Assembly (NCBI RefSeq): GCF_000002075.1 | Contig: NW_004797475.1 | Location: 241,017-305,016 of the forward strand | Direction of reading: 5' to 3' | From: Aplysia californica | Lineage: Eukaryota | DNA length: 64,000 nucleotides | Part shown: in pieces, positions 27,375 to 40,199 of the stretch | How the letters are laid out: each line of letters begins with the position of its first letter | Numbering within the stretch: position 1 is the stretch's first letter | Made by a program: the position numbers and the translations under genes | The notes under the pieces: generated by a model | What the model saw: only the letters and a program-made list of their open reading frames with translations | Database searches by the model: none | What the model was told of the DNA's origin: nothing

Positions 27375-27479
27375 TTTAAAAAATACCAAAAGGAAAACTA
27401 ATCAATAAGGACTCACTTTAAAAATTGCATATATGTGTCTTTATCATACTTCTTCAACTATTTCTCTGATTTTTCTTCT

Positions 27480-27740
27480 CTAGATCTAGATCTAGATCTA
27501 GATTCTAGATCTATAATCTAGATCTAGATCTAGATCTACATTCTAACACTGTCAAGATCTAGATATAGATCTAGATCTAGATCTAATCTTAGATGTATAC
27601 TGTATACTAGATTTACATCAGACATCATCAGTGGTTGTTAAATTGAATACGATCATGTCATGGTGCCGCGAACGTAGTTTTTTTTCAGTAGTTTACAGAT
27701 ATCAATAAATCAATAGATCTAGATCTAGATCTAGATAGCA
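27480..27740. repeat. (AGATCT)n self-complementary hexamer arrays; also at about 24330, 60240-60305 and 61970-62040
   Basis: Tandem TCTAGA/AGATCT units read directly from the sequence. Confidence 0.85.
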
Positions 27741-27779
27741 GTTTTCAGGGAAATCTGAACTGAGGGTGAGGGCCTTGAG

Positions 27780-28090
27780 ACTGACTGAGGGCAGTGAGGG
27801 TCGAATCTTACTTTTTTTTCTGAACAACGAAACCACAACGGGAAAAAAACGTCGTCAAGATGCGTTCAGTTCTTGAATTCTGACCCAGCTTTATAAAGGC
27901 CGCAGGAGTTGGCCGGCTCACTTACGGAATATGTAAAAGACGTGATACTGTATCAACATGATACTAAGGCACAAGCCAAGCGTCCTTGACAGCATGCACG
28001 GGAGCATCAACAATGAGAAGCCCGGCGAGCCGACTGTTGTTTCGTTTCAACGAAGTTTCCGGTTTGCTTCGTAATGAACTAATCACAACG
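27780..28090 (-). promoter_or_regulatory. Probable non-coding first exon(s) and promoter of AGPAT5
   Basis: The first coding exon has a splice acceptor just upstream of its ATG (ttttcacag|gttcaaaATG). Minus-strand GTAAG donors occur near 27810 and 27925, and a CpG-rich stretch with an ETS-like TTCCGG lies near 28060. Confidence 0.4.
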
Positions 28091-28567
28091 ATGTGGTTTG
28101 GCAATATTAGTTTTCAATTACATTCTCATTCAAACATTATGATTATTCATTTATTTATGTTCAGCATACACGCAACTCCACATACGAGCATTGGTTGAAT
28201 TATTAAACACAAAATAAAGTAATGAATCACAAAAATAATAAATGAATGTTTTAAAAATCGCTTTGTACAGTGTAACAGGGCCTTCTTTCAAAAAAGTGAT
28301 AAAATATTGAAGTTTAACATCGATGTTATATTCTATAAATTATATTAAGATTTATCATCGATGTTATTTTCTATAGGCCTATCTTGGGTTTTTCTGACTG
28401 TCGTTTGTCTTGATTCTAATTCACTTCTTGTTTGTCTGTTTGTTTCTTTGTTTGTTTGAATGTACACTACTCGCTGTCCTTGGATAACTTGACAGGGTAA
28501 GGGGAGAGCGGGGAGGCTTTTCGGACATTTTTACTTTTGGCTACACTACTCGCTTCAGGAACAATTT

Positions 28568-29082
28568 GGGGGCTCTCGTGGCCTTGAGGTTAATGTGTTC
28601 GCCTCTCATTCAAAGGTCCCGCGTTCGAATCCGGGTAACGACGGAAAAAATTCTTCTCTAAATTTGTCTCCTTTCACCTCCTTTCCTGCTCTCTAGCAAT
28701 GTTCTGTCGTCTGCTTTCGTCTCCATTCTGCCCCCACCCCCTCACCTCCTTTGCCCCCTCCTCTGGGCTCCATGACTCTCTCTGTAGCCTTTCTGCTGCT
28801 TCTCCTTGGCTCCTTTTTACTGCTGTCTTTCAGCAACACCCCTGATCTTCTAGTAGGAAAAATCTACACCTAGCCTTCTCGGACAAGGGCGAAAAATCTC
28901 GGAGGTCCCGTGTGCAATTTGCGAACGTTAAAGATCCCTTGGTGGTCTCAAATCGATAAGAGTAGGCTTCGGCCGCCACCTGGGCAAAATCCAAAATTTC
29001 ATATCTATGTTTAATGTGTCCCGCGCGCTCATATGTGACCTTATGCAGTTGCAAAACGCAGTAAAAACACTTACCAAAAAAA
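28568..29082 (+). mobile_element. Full-length tRNA-derived Deu/Nin-domain SINE
   Basis: A box TGGCCTTGAGG, B box GTTCGAATCC, Deu-like CCTTCTCGG...CGGAGGTCCCG...GTTAAAGATCCC...TAAGAGTAGG, a stem-loop tail and the TSD AGGAACA(A)TTT. Confidence 0.88.
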
Positions 29083-29167
29083 AGGAACATTTAAGCCTAA
29101 GCAAAAGGTTTCACCATTATTGCAGGCCATTTTAATTGGGCGTCACCACTTGGGATACAGTTATAAT

Positions 29168-30501
29168 ATAGCGTGATTTTAAAAAAACGGTATAAATTTT
29201 TGTGTTAACACTTTCCTCCACACTGAAGTTTTGCGTTTCAAATTTCTACACAGAATTTGAAAGTCAAAAGGAATTTGTCTGATATTCATTTTAGATAAAT
29301 CCACAGAATAGTTTTGCTCCACATAGAGCGTAAAGAAACAGCCCATTTTCAGCTATGTCCCCATTTTTGTAGCTTGACGCATTAGTTTGCATAAGGCCTA
29401 TCATTAAAAATCCCAACGATTGCGCCATATTGCAAACTACATAGTACAACAGACCAACAGAAGTTTGAAGATAGTTTTTATCAAGTTTACTTTGCCTACT
29501 GAGATCATGGCTAAGATCAATAAAGAGCAGAGAGCACTTCAGGTCAAACACACACCGTTCACACCCCTTTTAAATGTCACCAAGGTGCAGAATTCAGTAG
29601 ACGGACCCAATGAGACCTCTCTCCGTAGACGATGTCTCTCAACGGTCCGCATTCTCAAGGCTGTATCTTCATCTTCGACTGTACCATTTCCCCGTTAGCG
29701 AAGCTATCAGAAGATAGCAACATGTTCATGATTCCTCGATCGTCTCGAAAAGCGTGAACATAATTCCTCTATGACATTTTCTGTTCCTTGCAAAGCTTAT
29801 ATTCACCCTTCAGGTTATATTAACTCCACTAATGCTGTCTATTTGGGCAACTTCACCCCCCNNNNNNNNNNNNNNNNNNNNNNNNNNNNNNNNNNNNNNN
29901 NNNNNNNNNNNNNNNNNNNNNNNNNNNNNNNNNNNNNNNNNNNNNNNNNNNNNNNNNNNNNCCCCCCCCCCCCCCCCCCCATAGTCTCTAGAAACAGCTC
30001 CACACTGTAAGGTGTAGTACAGTGTTTATGGCTTTTAGTACTCATGGTTGAATGGATCCTTGTGTTTGGCCACCACTGAACATTACGAGCGATGCGTTAA
30101 AATGTGTCGAAGGACATGTGGAGCATTGGTTCTCGGAATTCCAGAATTAAAAAAAAAATTATACTCTGAAGGAAAATGAAATAGTGTGTGAAGGTTACAG
30201 GGGTGGAAATATTAAATGTTAAAAATAAAAGGAAATGAAAAAAACAACAACAATCATTTCATGACGTTCCTTACAAGATCTTTTAACATCGTGCATTTTG
30301 CATTTATAAAATTATAGGTGTTTTTTGTAAACGCCGCCATTTCCGTTTTCGCAAATAAGCTTCTTTGTGAATTTTATGTCAAATAATTTCCTTTTGAATG
30401 AATTATATCTGTTCCAAATTACAACATTCTAGTACAAATTTTGTGCGAGATATTAAGGAAAAAAGTTGTACCGTTTTTTGGGGGGTTTTTTTTAATCACC
30501 C
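29168..30501. mobile_element. Decayed Tc1/mariner-like element
   Basis: Imperfect inverted ends (G)GTGATT...AAAAAACGGTA(T/C)AA. No clear transposase remains. Confidence 0.35.
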
Positions 30502-30502
30502 T

Positions 30503-30966
30503 TAAGTACGGCTAGCCGGTCAGTCCGTGTACTTAGGTTAGGCCCTAATTTGACCGAAACCTGTTTCAGAGTACACAGGTCTCATTAGATCTAGTAATTG
30601 TTCAGGTTTAAGCTAGGTACATGCATGTCAGTAAGGCACCTTTTAGTTTCATCTAAAATACTAAATACTTTAGGTATTGCAAACTTAAATGTTATTTGCA
30701 ATTCAGCCATCATTATTAAGAACGGCTAGCCTGCCAGTCTTGCCGTACTTAGGTAAGGCCCTATTGACCAAAAACTGTAGAGTACACAGGTCTCATTAGT
30801 AATTATTCATGTTTAAAATACATGCACAATAAGGCATCTTTTGATTTCGTCTCAAATACAAATAAAAGCTTACTTTAGGTATTGCAAGCTAAAATTTGTT
30901 TACAATTCAGTAGGCATATTTTTTGCTGTTTGTCAGTCTAGGCCATTATTATTAAGTACGGCTAGT
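30503..30966. mobile_element. Partial copy of the Mutator-like MITE at 58704-59269
   Basis: Shares AAGTACGGCTAG repeats and internal sequence with that element, in opposite orientation. Confidence 0.65.
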
Positions 30967-31200
30967 NNNNNNNNNNNNNNNNNNNNNNNNNNNNNNNNNN
31001 NNNNNNNNNNNNNNNNNNNNNNNNNNNNNNNNNNNNNNNNNNNNNNNNNNNNNNNNNNNNNNNNNNNNNNNNNNNNNNNNNNNNNNNNNNNNNNNNNNNN
31101 NNNNNNNNNNNNNNNNNNNNNNNNNNNNNNNNNNNNNNNNNNNNNNNNNNNNNNNNNNNGCCCACTCCCGTGTGCACACAGCTCTAGGAATTTACAACAA

Positions 31201-34200
31201 CCAAATCAATCCGTTAAGGGACACAAAGTCTGCAGATTGAAAACATTATATCAGAATTTACTTTTTGAAAAGAGCTTGAACTTCAAGTGTTGCACTTGAG
31301 CTTTCGAAGATGAAATTCAAACGCACTGGAGACTTCAATGCAAACAGAAACATTAACGGATGCCATTTTAACGGCAAACTTAGAGGAGCTTTTTTTTTTT
31401 ACCTCTTTGTTGAGCCTTAAATAGGGGGAGGAATAATGGTCTCATTTTACAATGACCAAATCTTCTACAGGTTGATTAAAGATGGAAGAATTGTTTTCTT
31501 AAGATTTTCTTAGGGAAGACACTCAAAGTCCTCCCGTTCGTCTTCTTCTGGCAGCATTTCCCAACGTAGTGGACACACTCCCAAATAATCCCAAGTTCGT
31601 CGACACCAAAGTAACGTTCTTCGGGTTCCAAGGGAAGGGCGCCACTTTCGAACCAGAACCCAGAAAGCCAGTCTTTTCGGGTCGCGTATGTTCACAATAT
31701 GCCATGTTTCTGGTTTGATAATATTGTTTGCCGTGGCAAATTATGATATAATGTAATGACAAACGTCGGGTTAGAAGAACGTCCTTGAACTTTTTTATCA
31801 AATACTCCGAGAGTTTTTTCCCCCATAGGATCATTAAGAACTTGTGCAATCGTGAACAATTGTCTCTAATGTCTTCACACCGTTTTAAACAGAATCTTTC
31901 CGAGTAGATTTCCACACATTATACACATAGCTTCAGCAAGACGCAAAGACAATGAGTCATTAATAAATGCATATGTATTGTGAGTTTCATCTTTTTGTGA
32001 ACTAAAAGGTTCTTTTCCCTTTTGGGCTCTATTTTTCCTTGATATGGTTGAGTATGGGAAATACAACAACACATGTATACTTTTTTAAAAATTCAATTTT
32101 CGTAGAAACTCTGATTCCAACTACTCTTGATCTTACCAGAGAGGGTTTACAGTAATAGTAATACTTACATTAGCCGTCGGGAGACTTCGAACGGGGACTG
32201 CCCAATTTGTCACAGGTCCAGTTAGTCACAGGATAAACTAAAGTTTGTCATAGGCCCATTAATTAGTCACAGGCCCAGTATATGAATTTAAAAACGAAAG
32301 AACATTCATTGTTGAAATTTTACAGAGTAATTTGAATTTGCTTTTGATTTGCATACAAAAAGGAAGAAATATTGAACAACACGAACTGAATTGACATTTT
32401 AGAGGGACTTTAGGGCTTATGACTAACTGGGCACCCAAAACTGGGCACCCAAAAGGGTATAAGCGGCGGATAAAAGTATTTTTAAAAAGTAAGACTAACT
32501 GGGCCTGTGATTAACTGGACCTGTGACTAACTGGGCCGGTGACTAACTGGGCATGTGACAAACTGGGCATGTGACAAACTGGGATGCCTCCCTTCGGAGA
32601 GTGTTCGAAGTCACCCCACTGTTCGAAGTCACCCCACCCCCTGTACGAAGTCTCTCTACATGTGGGTAGTGTAGGAAACATGTTTATGAAACAGCCACCA
32701 TGAAAATTTGATGGATATGGCATGAAACAGACACACTGAAGCAGAGATACATAGTTTTGTGAAAGGATTGGTGGACTATTGTGACGTTTAAACCTTACTA
32801 CAAACTGAGGTATGAAAGCTTGATACACCACACCCTTGTCAAAAACACAATTTCGTTCATAGCAAATGCAAGATTTCGCCCAGGGAGGTAACAAAAAACA
32901 CAGCAAGCTAAACCCCAAATGACACACTATGTGATCCAGTGACGAAATGAGGCATCGTAGTGAGACCAGGCGCTCGTCAAAATAATGAAATCCGAGAAAT
33001 CGGCAATTTTCGGTCAGTTTGGAAATATTTTCGAATTTTTGTTTTTTGGCTAAGCACCTTCATTCAAAAACGCTTCTATGTGTGGGTTTTGTGGGAAAAC
33101 GATGATTGAAGACACAAAAATGTCAATTTGCAGTTTCCAGGGACTTTAAAGCTATTGAAATCACCAAACTTTGGTTCCCATTTTTTTACTCCTTAAGATG
33201 CAACTATCTCGACATCTGTTCAATATAAATGGATATTTGTCTTAATCTAAAGCAAGGCAAATGAATAGCCTTTAACATGATACCATAACTCAACATGACC
33301 CAAAACTGACCAGCGCCTGATTCCAGTTTCCACCGCGTCGTAACACAATAACTATCAACAGCTCAGCGAGAATTGACGTGTCCGAAGTCTCCTCGNNNNN
33401 NNNNNNNNNNNNNNNNNNNNNNNNNNNNNNNNNNNNNNNNNNNNNNNNNNNNNNNNNNNNNNNNNNNNNNNNNNNNNNNNNNNNNNNNNNNNNNNCCAAA
33501 TCAATCCGTTAAGAGACACAAAGTCTGCAGATTGAAAACATTAAATCAGAATTTACTTTTTGAAAAGAGCTTGAACTTCAAGTGTTGCACTTGAGCTTTC
33601 GAAGATGAAATTCAAACGCACTGGAGACTTCAATGCAAACAGAAACATTAACGGATGCCATTTTAACGGCAAACTTAGAGGAGCTTTTTTTTTTACCTCT
33701 TTGTTGAGCCTTAAATAGGGGGAGGAATAATGGTCTCATTTTACAATGACCAAATCTTCTACAGGTTGATTAAAGATGGAAGAATTGTTTTCTTAAGATT
33801 TTCTTAGGGAAGACACTCAAAGTCCTCCCGTTCGTCTTCTTCTGGCAGCATTTCCCAACGTAGTGGACACACTCCCAAATAATCCCAAGTTCGTCGACAC
33901 CAAAGTAACGTTCTTCGGGTTCCAAGGGAAGGGCGCCACTTTCGAACCAGAACCCAGAAAGCCAGTCTTTTCGGGTCGCGTATGTTCACAATATGCCATG
34001 TTTCTGGTTTGATAATATTGTTTGCCGTGGCAAATTATGATATAATGTAATGACAAACGTCGGGTTAGAAGAACGTCCTTGAACTTTTTTATCAAATACT
34101 CCGAGAGTTTTTTCCCCCATAGGATCATTAAGAACTTGTGCAATCGTGAACAATTGTCTCTAATGTCTTCACACCGTTTTAAACAGAATCTTTCCGAGTA

Positions 34201-35772
34201 GATTTCCACACATTATACACATAGCTTCAGCAAGACGCAAAGACAATGAGTCATTAACAAATGCATATATATATATATATATGTATTGTGAGTTTCATCT
34301 TTTTGTGAACTAAAAGGTTCTTTTCCCTTTTGGGCTCTATTTTTCCTTGATATGGTTGAGTATGGGAAATACAACAACACATGTATACTTTTTTTTAAAT
34401 TCAATTTTCGTAGAAACTCTGATTCCAACTACTCTTGATCTTACCAGAGAGGGTTTACAGTAATAGTAATACTTACATTAGCCGTCGGGAGACTTCGAAC
34501 GGGGACTGCCCAATTTGTCACAGGTCCAGTTAGTCACAGGATAAACTAAAGTTTGTCATTGGCCCATTAATTAGTCACAGGCCCAGTATATGAATTGAAT
34601 TTTATTTTTCAATTTTTTTAAAAACGAAAGAACATTCATTGTTGAAATTTTACAGAGTAATTTGAATTTGCTTTTGATTTGCATACAAAAAGGAAGAAAT
34701 ATTGAACAACACGAACTGAATTGACATTTTAGAGGGACTTTAGGGCTTATGACTAACTGGGCACCCAAAAGGGTATAAGCGGCGGATAAAAGTATTTTTT
34801 AAAAGTAAGACTAACTGGGCCTGTGATTAACTGGACCTGTGACTAACTGGGCCGGTGACTAACTGGGCATGTGACAAACTGGGCATGTGACAAACTGGGC
34901 ATGTGACAAACTGGGATGCCTCCCTTCGGAGAGTGTTCGAAGTCACCCCACCCCCTGTACGAAGTCTCTCTACATGTGGGTAGTGTAGGAAACATGTTTA
35001 TGAAACAGCCACCATGAAAATGCCTTTGAAAACCAGATTTAATTTGATGGATATGGCATGAAACAGACACACTGAAGCAGAGATACATAGTTTTGTGAAA
35101 GGATTGGTGGACTATTGTGACGTTTAAACCTTACTACAAACTGAGGTATGAAAGCTTGATACACCACACCCTTGTCAAAAACACAATTTCGTTCATAGCA
35201 AATGCAAGATTTCGCCCAGGGAGGTAACAAAAAACACAGCAAGCTAAACCCCAAATGACACACTATGTGATCCAGTGACGAAATGAGGCATCGAGGTGAG
35301 ACCAGGCGCTCGTCAAAATAATGAAATCCGAGAAATCGGTAATTTTCGGTCAGTTTGGAAATTTTTTCGAATTTTTGTTTTTTGGCTAAGCACCTTCATT
35401 CAAAAACACTTCTATGTGTGGGTTTTGTGGGAAAACGATGATTGAAGACACAAAAATGTCAATTTGCAGTTTCCAGGGACTTCAAAGCTATTGAAATCAC
35501 CAAACTTTGGTTCCCATTTTTTTACTCCTTAAGATGCAACTATCTCGACATCTGTTCAATATAAATGGATATTTGTCTTAATCTAAAGCAAGGCAAATGA
35601 ATAGCCTTTAACATGATACCATAACTCAACATGACCCAAAACCACAGAATTCTACACTTAGTGTAGAATTCTGTGCCCAAAACTGACCAGCGCCTGATTC
35701 CAGTTTCCACCGCGTCGTAACACAATAACTATCAACAGCTCAGCGAGAATTGACGTGTCCGAAGTCTCCTCG
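31201..35772. repeat. ~2.2-kb near-identical direct duplication (31201-33395 and 33496-35772) made of decayed transposon pieces
   Basis: The two copies align throughout with few SNPs and small indels, and are separated by an exactly 100-N gap. Confidence 0.95.
35643..35675. mobile_element. 33-bp palindrome with 8-bp TSD; the empty site is at 33299-33306
   Basis: CCCAAAAC-[CACAGAATTCTACAC-TTA-GTGTAGAATTCTGTG]-CCCAAAAC. The other duplicate copy has a single CCCAAAAC. Confidence 0.85.
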
Positions 35773-36241
35773 TGCCAGAGGCCTCCCGCTCTCCCATAGG
35801 TAATTAGACCCCAGCAAATGTTTTGGCCTACTAGTACTAGGTTGAATACGATCTCTTCATATCATTTTGGAAGCCATGCGCAGTGGTGTGGCAGACAACA
35901 CTTTGATTATTGTTTTTCTTATCGCAGGATCTACTTTTATTTTCTTATTATTTTGTACTGTGGGCGTATTCTGTTACTGTTTTTGTTGCTGTTGTTGCTT
36001 TTGCTGCTGTTGTGGATGTCGTTGCTGCAGGCATCCTCAGCTGAGGTAAAGTATATCATTTTAGGTGATTTGTAGGAACATCTCAAGCCACTTTGGCTAA
36101 TTAATTCACTATGATTGTAGATTACTTTTATATTTTATCAGTGACATTTACTTTTATAAGTGTTTTCAAAGGGTTTATCCTGTCTCCCTTGATTTTAACT
36201 AATCATGATCCCAAAGTGTGTGCCCACTCTCTCTCTCTCTC

Positions 36242-36280
<39 letters not shown>

Positions 36281-39200
36281 ATATACACGCGCGTGTGCAC
36301 GCACACACACGCGTTCGCATGCATACAAGCACACATATCACATAGGCTACATAATAATATAAGGATCTGTAAACTAAAAAATCATGAGACTTGATTGTTC
36401 TAGTTCTTGTTAACTTGTTACATATTACTACATTCACGTATATTGTTCTTTTCCACCTGTTTATAGGGAGGACTCAAAAGATTGAACAGCCTAATTGCAG
36501 ATGGTTTCAAACTAATTTCGAGTTGCTTAAGTCTGTACGATAAAAAAGTATAGACTAACTATAATTGGGTAAGTTGAACGTAATAATATTATTATGCGTC
36601 AGCGAGAGAGAGAGAGAGGGGGGGGGGGGGGACGGGAGAAAGAGAGGNNNNNNNNNNNNNNNNNNNNNNNNNNNNNNNNNNNNNNNNNNNNNNNNNNNNN
36701 NNNNNNNNNNNNNNNNNNNNNNNNNNNNNNNNNNNNNNNNNNNNNNNNNNNNNNNNNNNNNNNNNNNNNNNNNNNNNNNNNNNNNNNNNNNNNNNNNNNN
36801 NNNNNNNNNNNNNNNNNNNNNNNNTTTTTGTGTTCTTCTAAAGCTGGTTTTCAACTCCTACAGGTTTACATTATAATAATAATCTTCATCATCAGCATCC
36901 AGTGCCATGGAAAGTTAGAGAAATAAGCCCTGGTACAAAATGTAATTGGATCGCTGACTAACACTAACATTCTTCTGTTAACTGGTCGATTAAAACTATA
37001 CTTTTTTATAGAGTGGTCTAGGGGTAAGATGAAGTCTCAAATTTCACAAAGGACGAGTGGGTCAACAGTTGTTTACTAAAGCAATAAACAGTCTGTCATA
37101 CCCCCACCCCCCAAAAAACAACAACAACAAAAAACAAACCAAAAAACCCACAGCTTTTCCATTCACCACCATCACAGTTTTGTTTAGTTCATATTATAAG
37201 TTTCTTATTGCATGAACATAATAATATGTGTACTATTAGAATTTAATAAGTAAATATCTTTAGAGTACTCACACCAATATACATGATACATTTGATACAT
37301 GTATCTTCCAGATTAAAGGTTGCTTCGGTCACAAGAAAATACTTTAATGAAAAATATAAAATTTTGATTTCGTACGCCATTCTCACTCTCACCCCTCCTT
37401 TCTCTCTCTCTCAGACTTGTCTACGCAACTAACAAGGGGACTGCAGATCTCTTCAGCCCGAAGGCAAAAGTTGAATAAATTATTTTACAACATTTAGATT
37501 TTTAAAATGTAATTGTTTTAAAGTCAGTCATGCCAACATCACAGTCAGGCATCTGCTCATGATCACAATCATAACAATTGAACTTTACGTACATGTATTT
37601 TTACTTGTATTAATTTTCAATTTAAACGGTGAACCAGAAGGCTTGCATTGCAAGTGAAACTGTATTACAAAAATACGTACACGTATGAATAAATGTATTA
37701 AAGAGAAACAGCTGGATCTTCTAAATGTTGCAACAGCTTGTAATTTGTATCTTGTCGACAACGCCACTCAGCAATAAATCATACAAAAAATGTATCTTTC
37801 TGATAGGTCTGAACCTCAGGTTTCTTGGTTCTTTCCTGCTTGGTACAAGGGGAGACCAACGCATCCCGATGGACTTGCTCATAATGCAGTGACGCTGATC
37901 CAAGAATCAAACTTGCTTTGTTTTAAGCACTTCTTAATCATTTTGTCAATAAATCTGTGCTTTATACTTTGTTTCCGCCTGAAGAGTTATCTACTTGGAA
38001 TTTCTCAGAAATTGAACAAAGAAATGCCTTACATGTATAGCAGTATCGGAATCAAACTGCTCTACCATTACTTTTTAACAACAAACATATAACAATTGTC
38101 AGATAATTTGTAAAAAAAAAAGAAAGAAATTGTGCAAGTGTTTTACGATCTCATCAATACGCTTTAGATCACTGAGGAAACAGGCTGCATCTACCCTGCC
38201 TGTCATGGCCTACTATGACCGAGTAAGATAGCAGGATAGAAGCAACTGACTCCTAAGTTTATTTTTAGTAAGCGTTTTATGGCACTTGCAACACATTTTA
38301 AGTTATAAGTGCTGAATATTAGAGGTGTTACAAGAGAGTAACAAACATAAAAAAGGAGGAGAGATAAGGATGAAAAATGTTTGCTTGGAAAGAAGTAGCA
38401 AATCACACCAGAACATCTGCCAACTACCCACTGACTCAGAAGTGATCTAACTTGTGTCATCAATCAGTAAAAAACTTGACTGCAATTTGGAAGATGTGTT
38501 TTCAAATCTCTGCTTGTGAGTATCTAAACAAAGTTATTTGAAGCACTTTGACTTTGACTGAAATGTCCTTGCCTGTTCTGTACACCAGACCTGGTGGGTA
38601 TTGCATGTCAGAACACACATCACATTGATGTTAACTCAAGCAAACAGCAAAATAACTTATACATTGACAGCCGATTTGTTTGAGACGCCTAGGAGTACCA
38701 TTGCACTACATTGTAGGCCTACATGTACTAAGTGAGAGATAAAAAGATTCCAAATTGTAACACGTTAGAGAAAATTAAGTGTGTGCTTGATTCTGAATGT
38801 TAAAAAAAAAGAAAAATGTCAATAAGACACAACAACAACAACAAAACTCTGCACAATAATAAATAAAAGAACACCAATATCAATAATATCATATTTAGAT
38901 ACACTACTTTTATTTATGAAATGAGAAGTTAACAGTATCCATTATCACCTTCAAAACATTCATTTTAACTACTATTCATCAAATAGCCCATGTAAACAAA
39001 CATAAAACAATAAATAAATGGCCATCTATTACAAAGAATGTAACTATCCCCACAACATTCTCACTTAACCACTCAAAAGAGACTAAAATACTGTCAGGAT
39101 AATAGACATATTACATCATTTTTTAAAATTGCCACCATCATTACAACATTCTTTTAAAAAAACACCAAAAAAAAACCTAATCCCCCGTCCCCATATAAAA

Positions 39201-39670
39201 GGCATAAGTTCACATTCAACACACATCAACAGTCTTGCATCCAGCAAAAATTAAAATTATTTTACATAAAAGCATTAATGATACCATGATCTTTCTCATC
39301 TTAAATGCAATGACTTCAGACAGAATACAAATAGATGACATTCAATCCCACACCAAATCACTAGTTTTCAACAACAACAAAAAACACACAAAAAGTTAAG
39401 TGTTACTTTTGTTCTACTCTGGCAATACAAACTGATTTAGTTTAGAGGTATTTTTTAAGCTACTTTCAATATATTGTAGTTGGAGACAATTCATGAGGTA
39501 TCACTCATAACTTAATATTTTTGGATCACATTCCACTTTTGGTTTAGCAAGGATTAACTTTGACAGGGAACATGTACATGAATTTTTATTGCTCACAACG
39601 CTGATAACTCAGGAAAGGGTGATCATCTATGTATTCAAGAACAGTTAAACTTGGAAACACACATATATGG

Positions 39671-40199
39671 GGGGGCTCTCGTGGCCTAGAGGTTAAGGTG
39701 TTTGCCTCTCATTCAAAGGTCCCGGGTTCGAAACCGGGTAGCGACCGAAAATTTTTCTTTTCTAAAATTGTCTCCTTTCACCTCCTTTCCTGCTCTCTAG
39801 CAATGTTCTGTTGTCTGCTTTCATTTCCACTTCCTGCCCCCACCCCTTCACCTCCTTTGCCCCCTCCTCTGGGCTCCTGACTCTTTCTGCAGCCTTTCTA
39901 CTGCTACTCCTTGGCTCCTCCTTACTGCTGTCTTTCTGCCACACCCCTGATCTTCTGGTAGGAAAGATCTACACCTAGCCTTCTCGGACAAGGGCGAAAA
40001 ATCTCGGAGGGCCCGTGTGCAAGTTGCGCACGTTAAAGATCCCTTGGAGGTCTAAAATCGATAAGAGTAGGCTTCGGCCGCCACGCGGGCAAAATTCAAA
40101 ATTTCCTACCAACTGAAAATATTAGGAGTGCCCCGCGCGCTCATATGACCTATGCAGTTGCGAGCGCCGTAAAACACTTTACAAAAACAAACCCCCCCC
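39671..40199 (+). mobile_element. Full-length tRNA-derived Deu/Nin-domain SINE
   Basis: Same family as 28568. A box TGGCCTAGAGG, B box GGTTCGAAACC and 11-bp TSD CACATATATGG. Confidence 0.9.

Noticed and set aside
31510-31915. Duplicated 130-aa and 61-aa ORFs
   Set aside because: No recognisable motifs or splice support; they are identical only because the block is duplicated.
39671-39750. tRNA gene-like sequences (also at 28568, 18230-18303 and 45370-45439)
   Set aside because: These are SINE heads: there is no proper cloverleaf, and they continue into SINE bodies bounded by TSDs.
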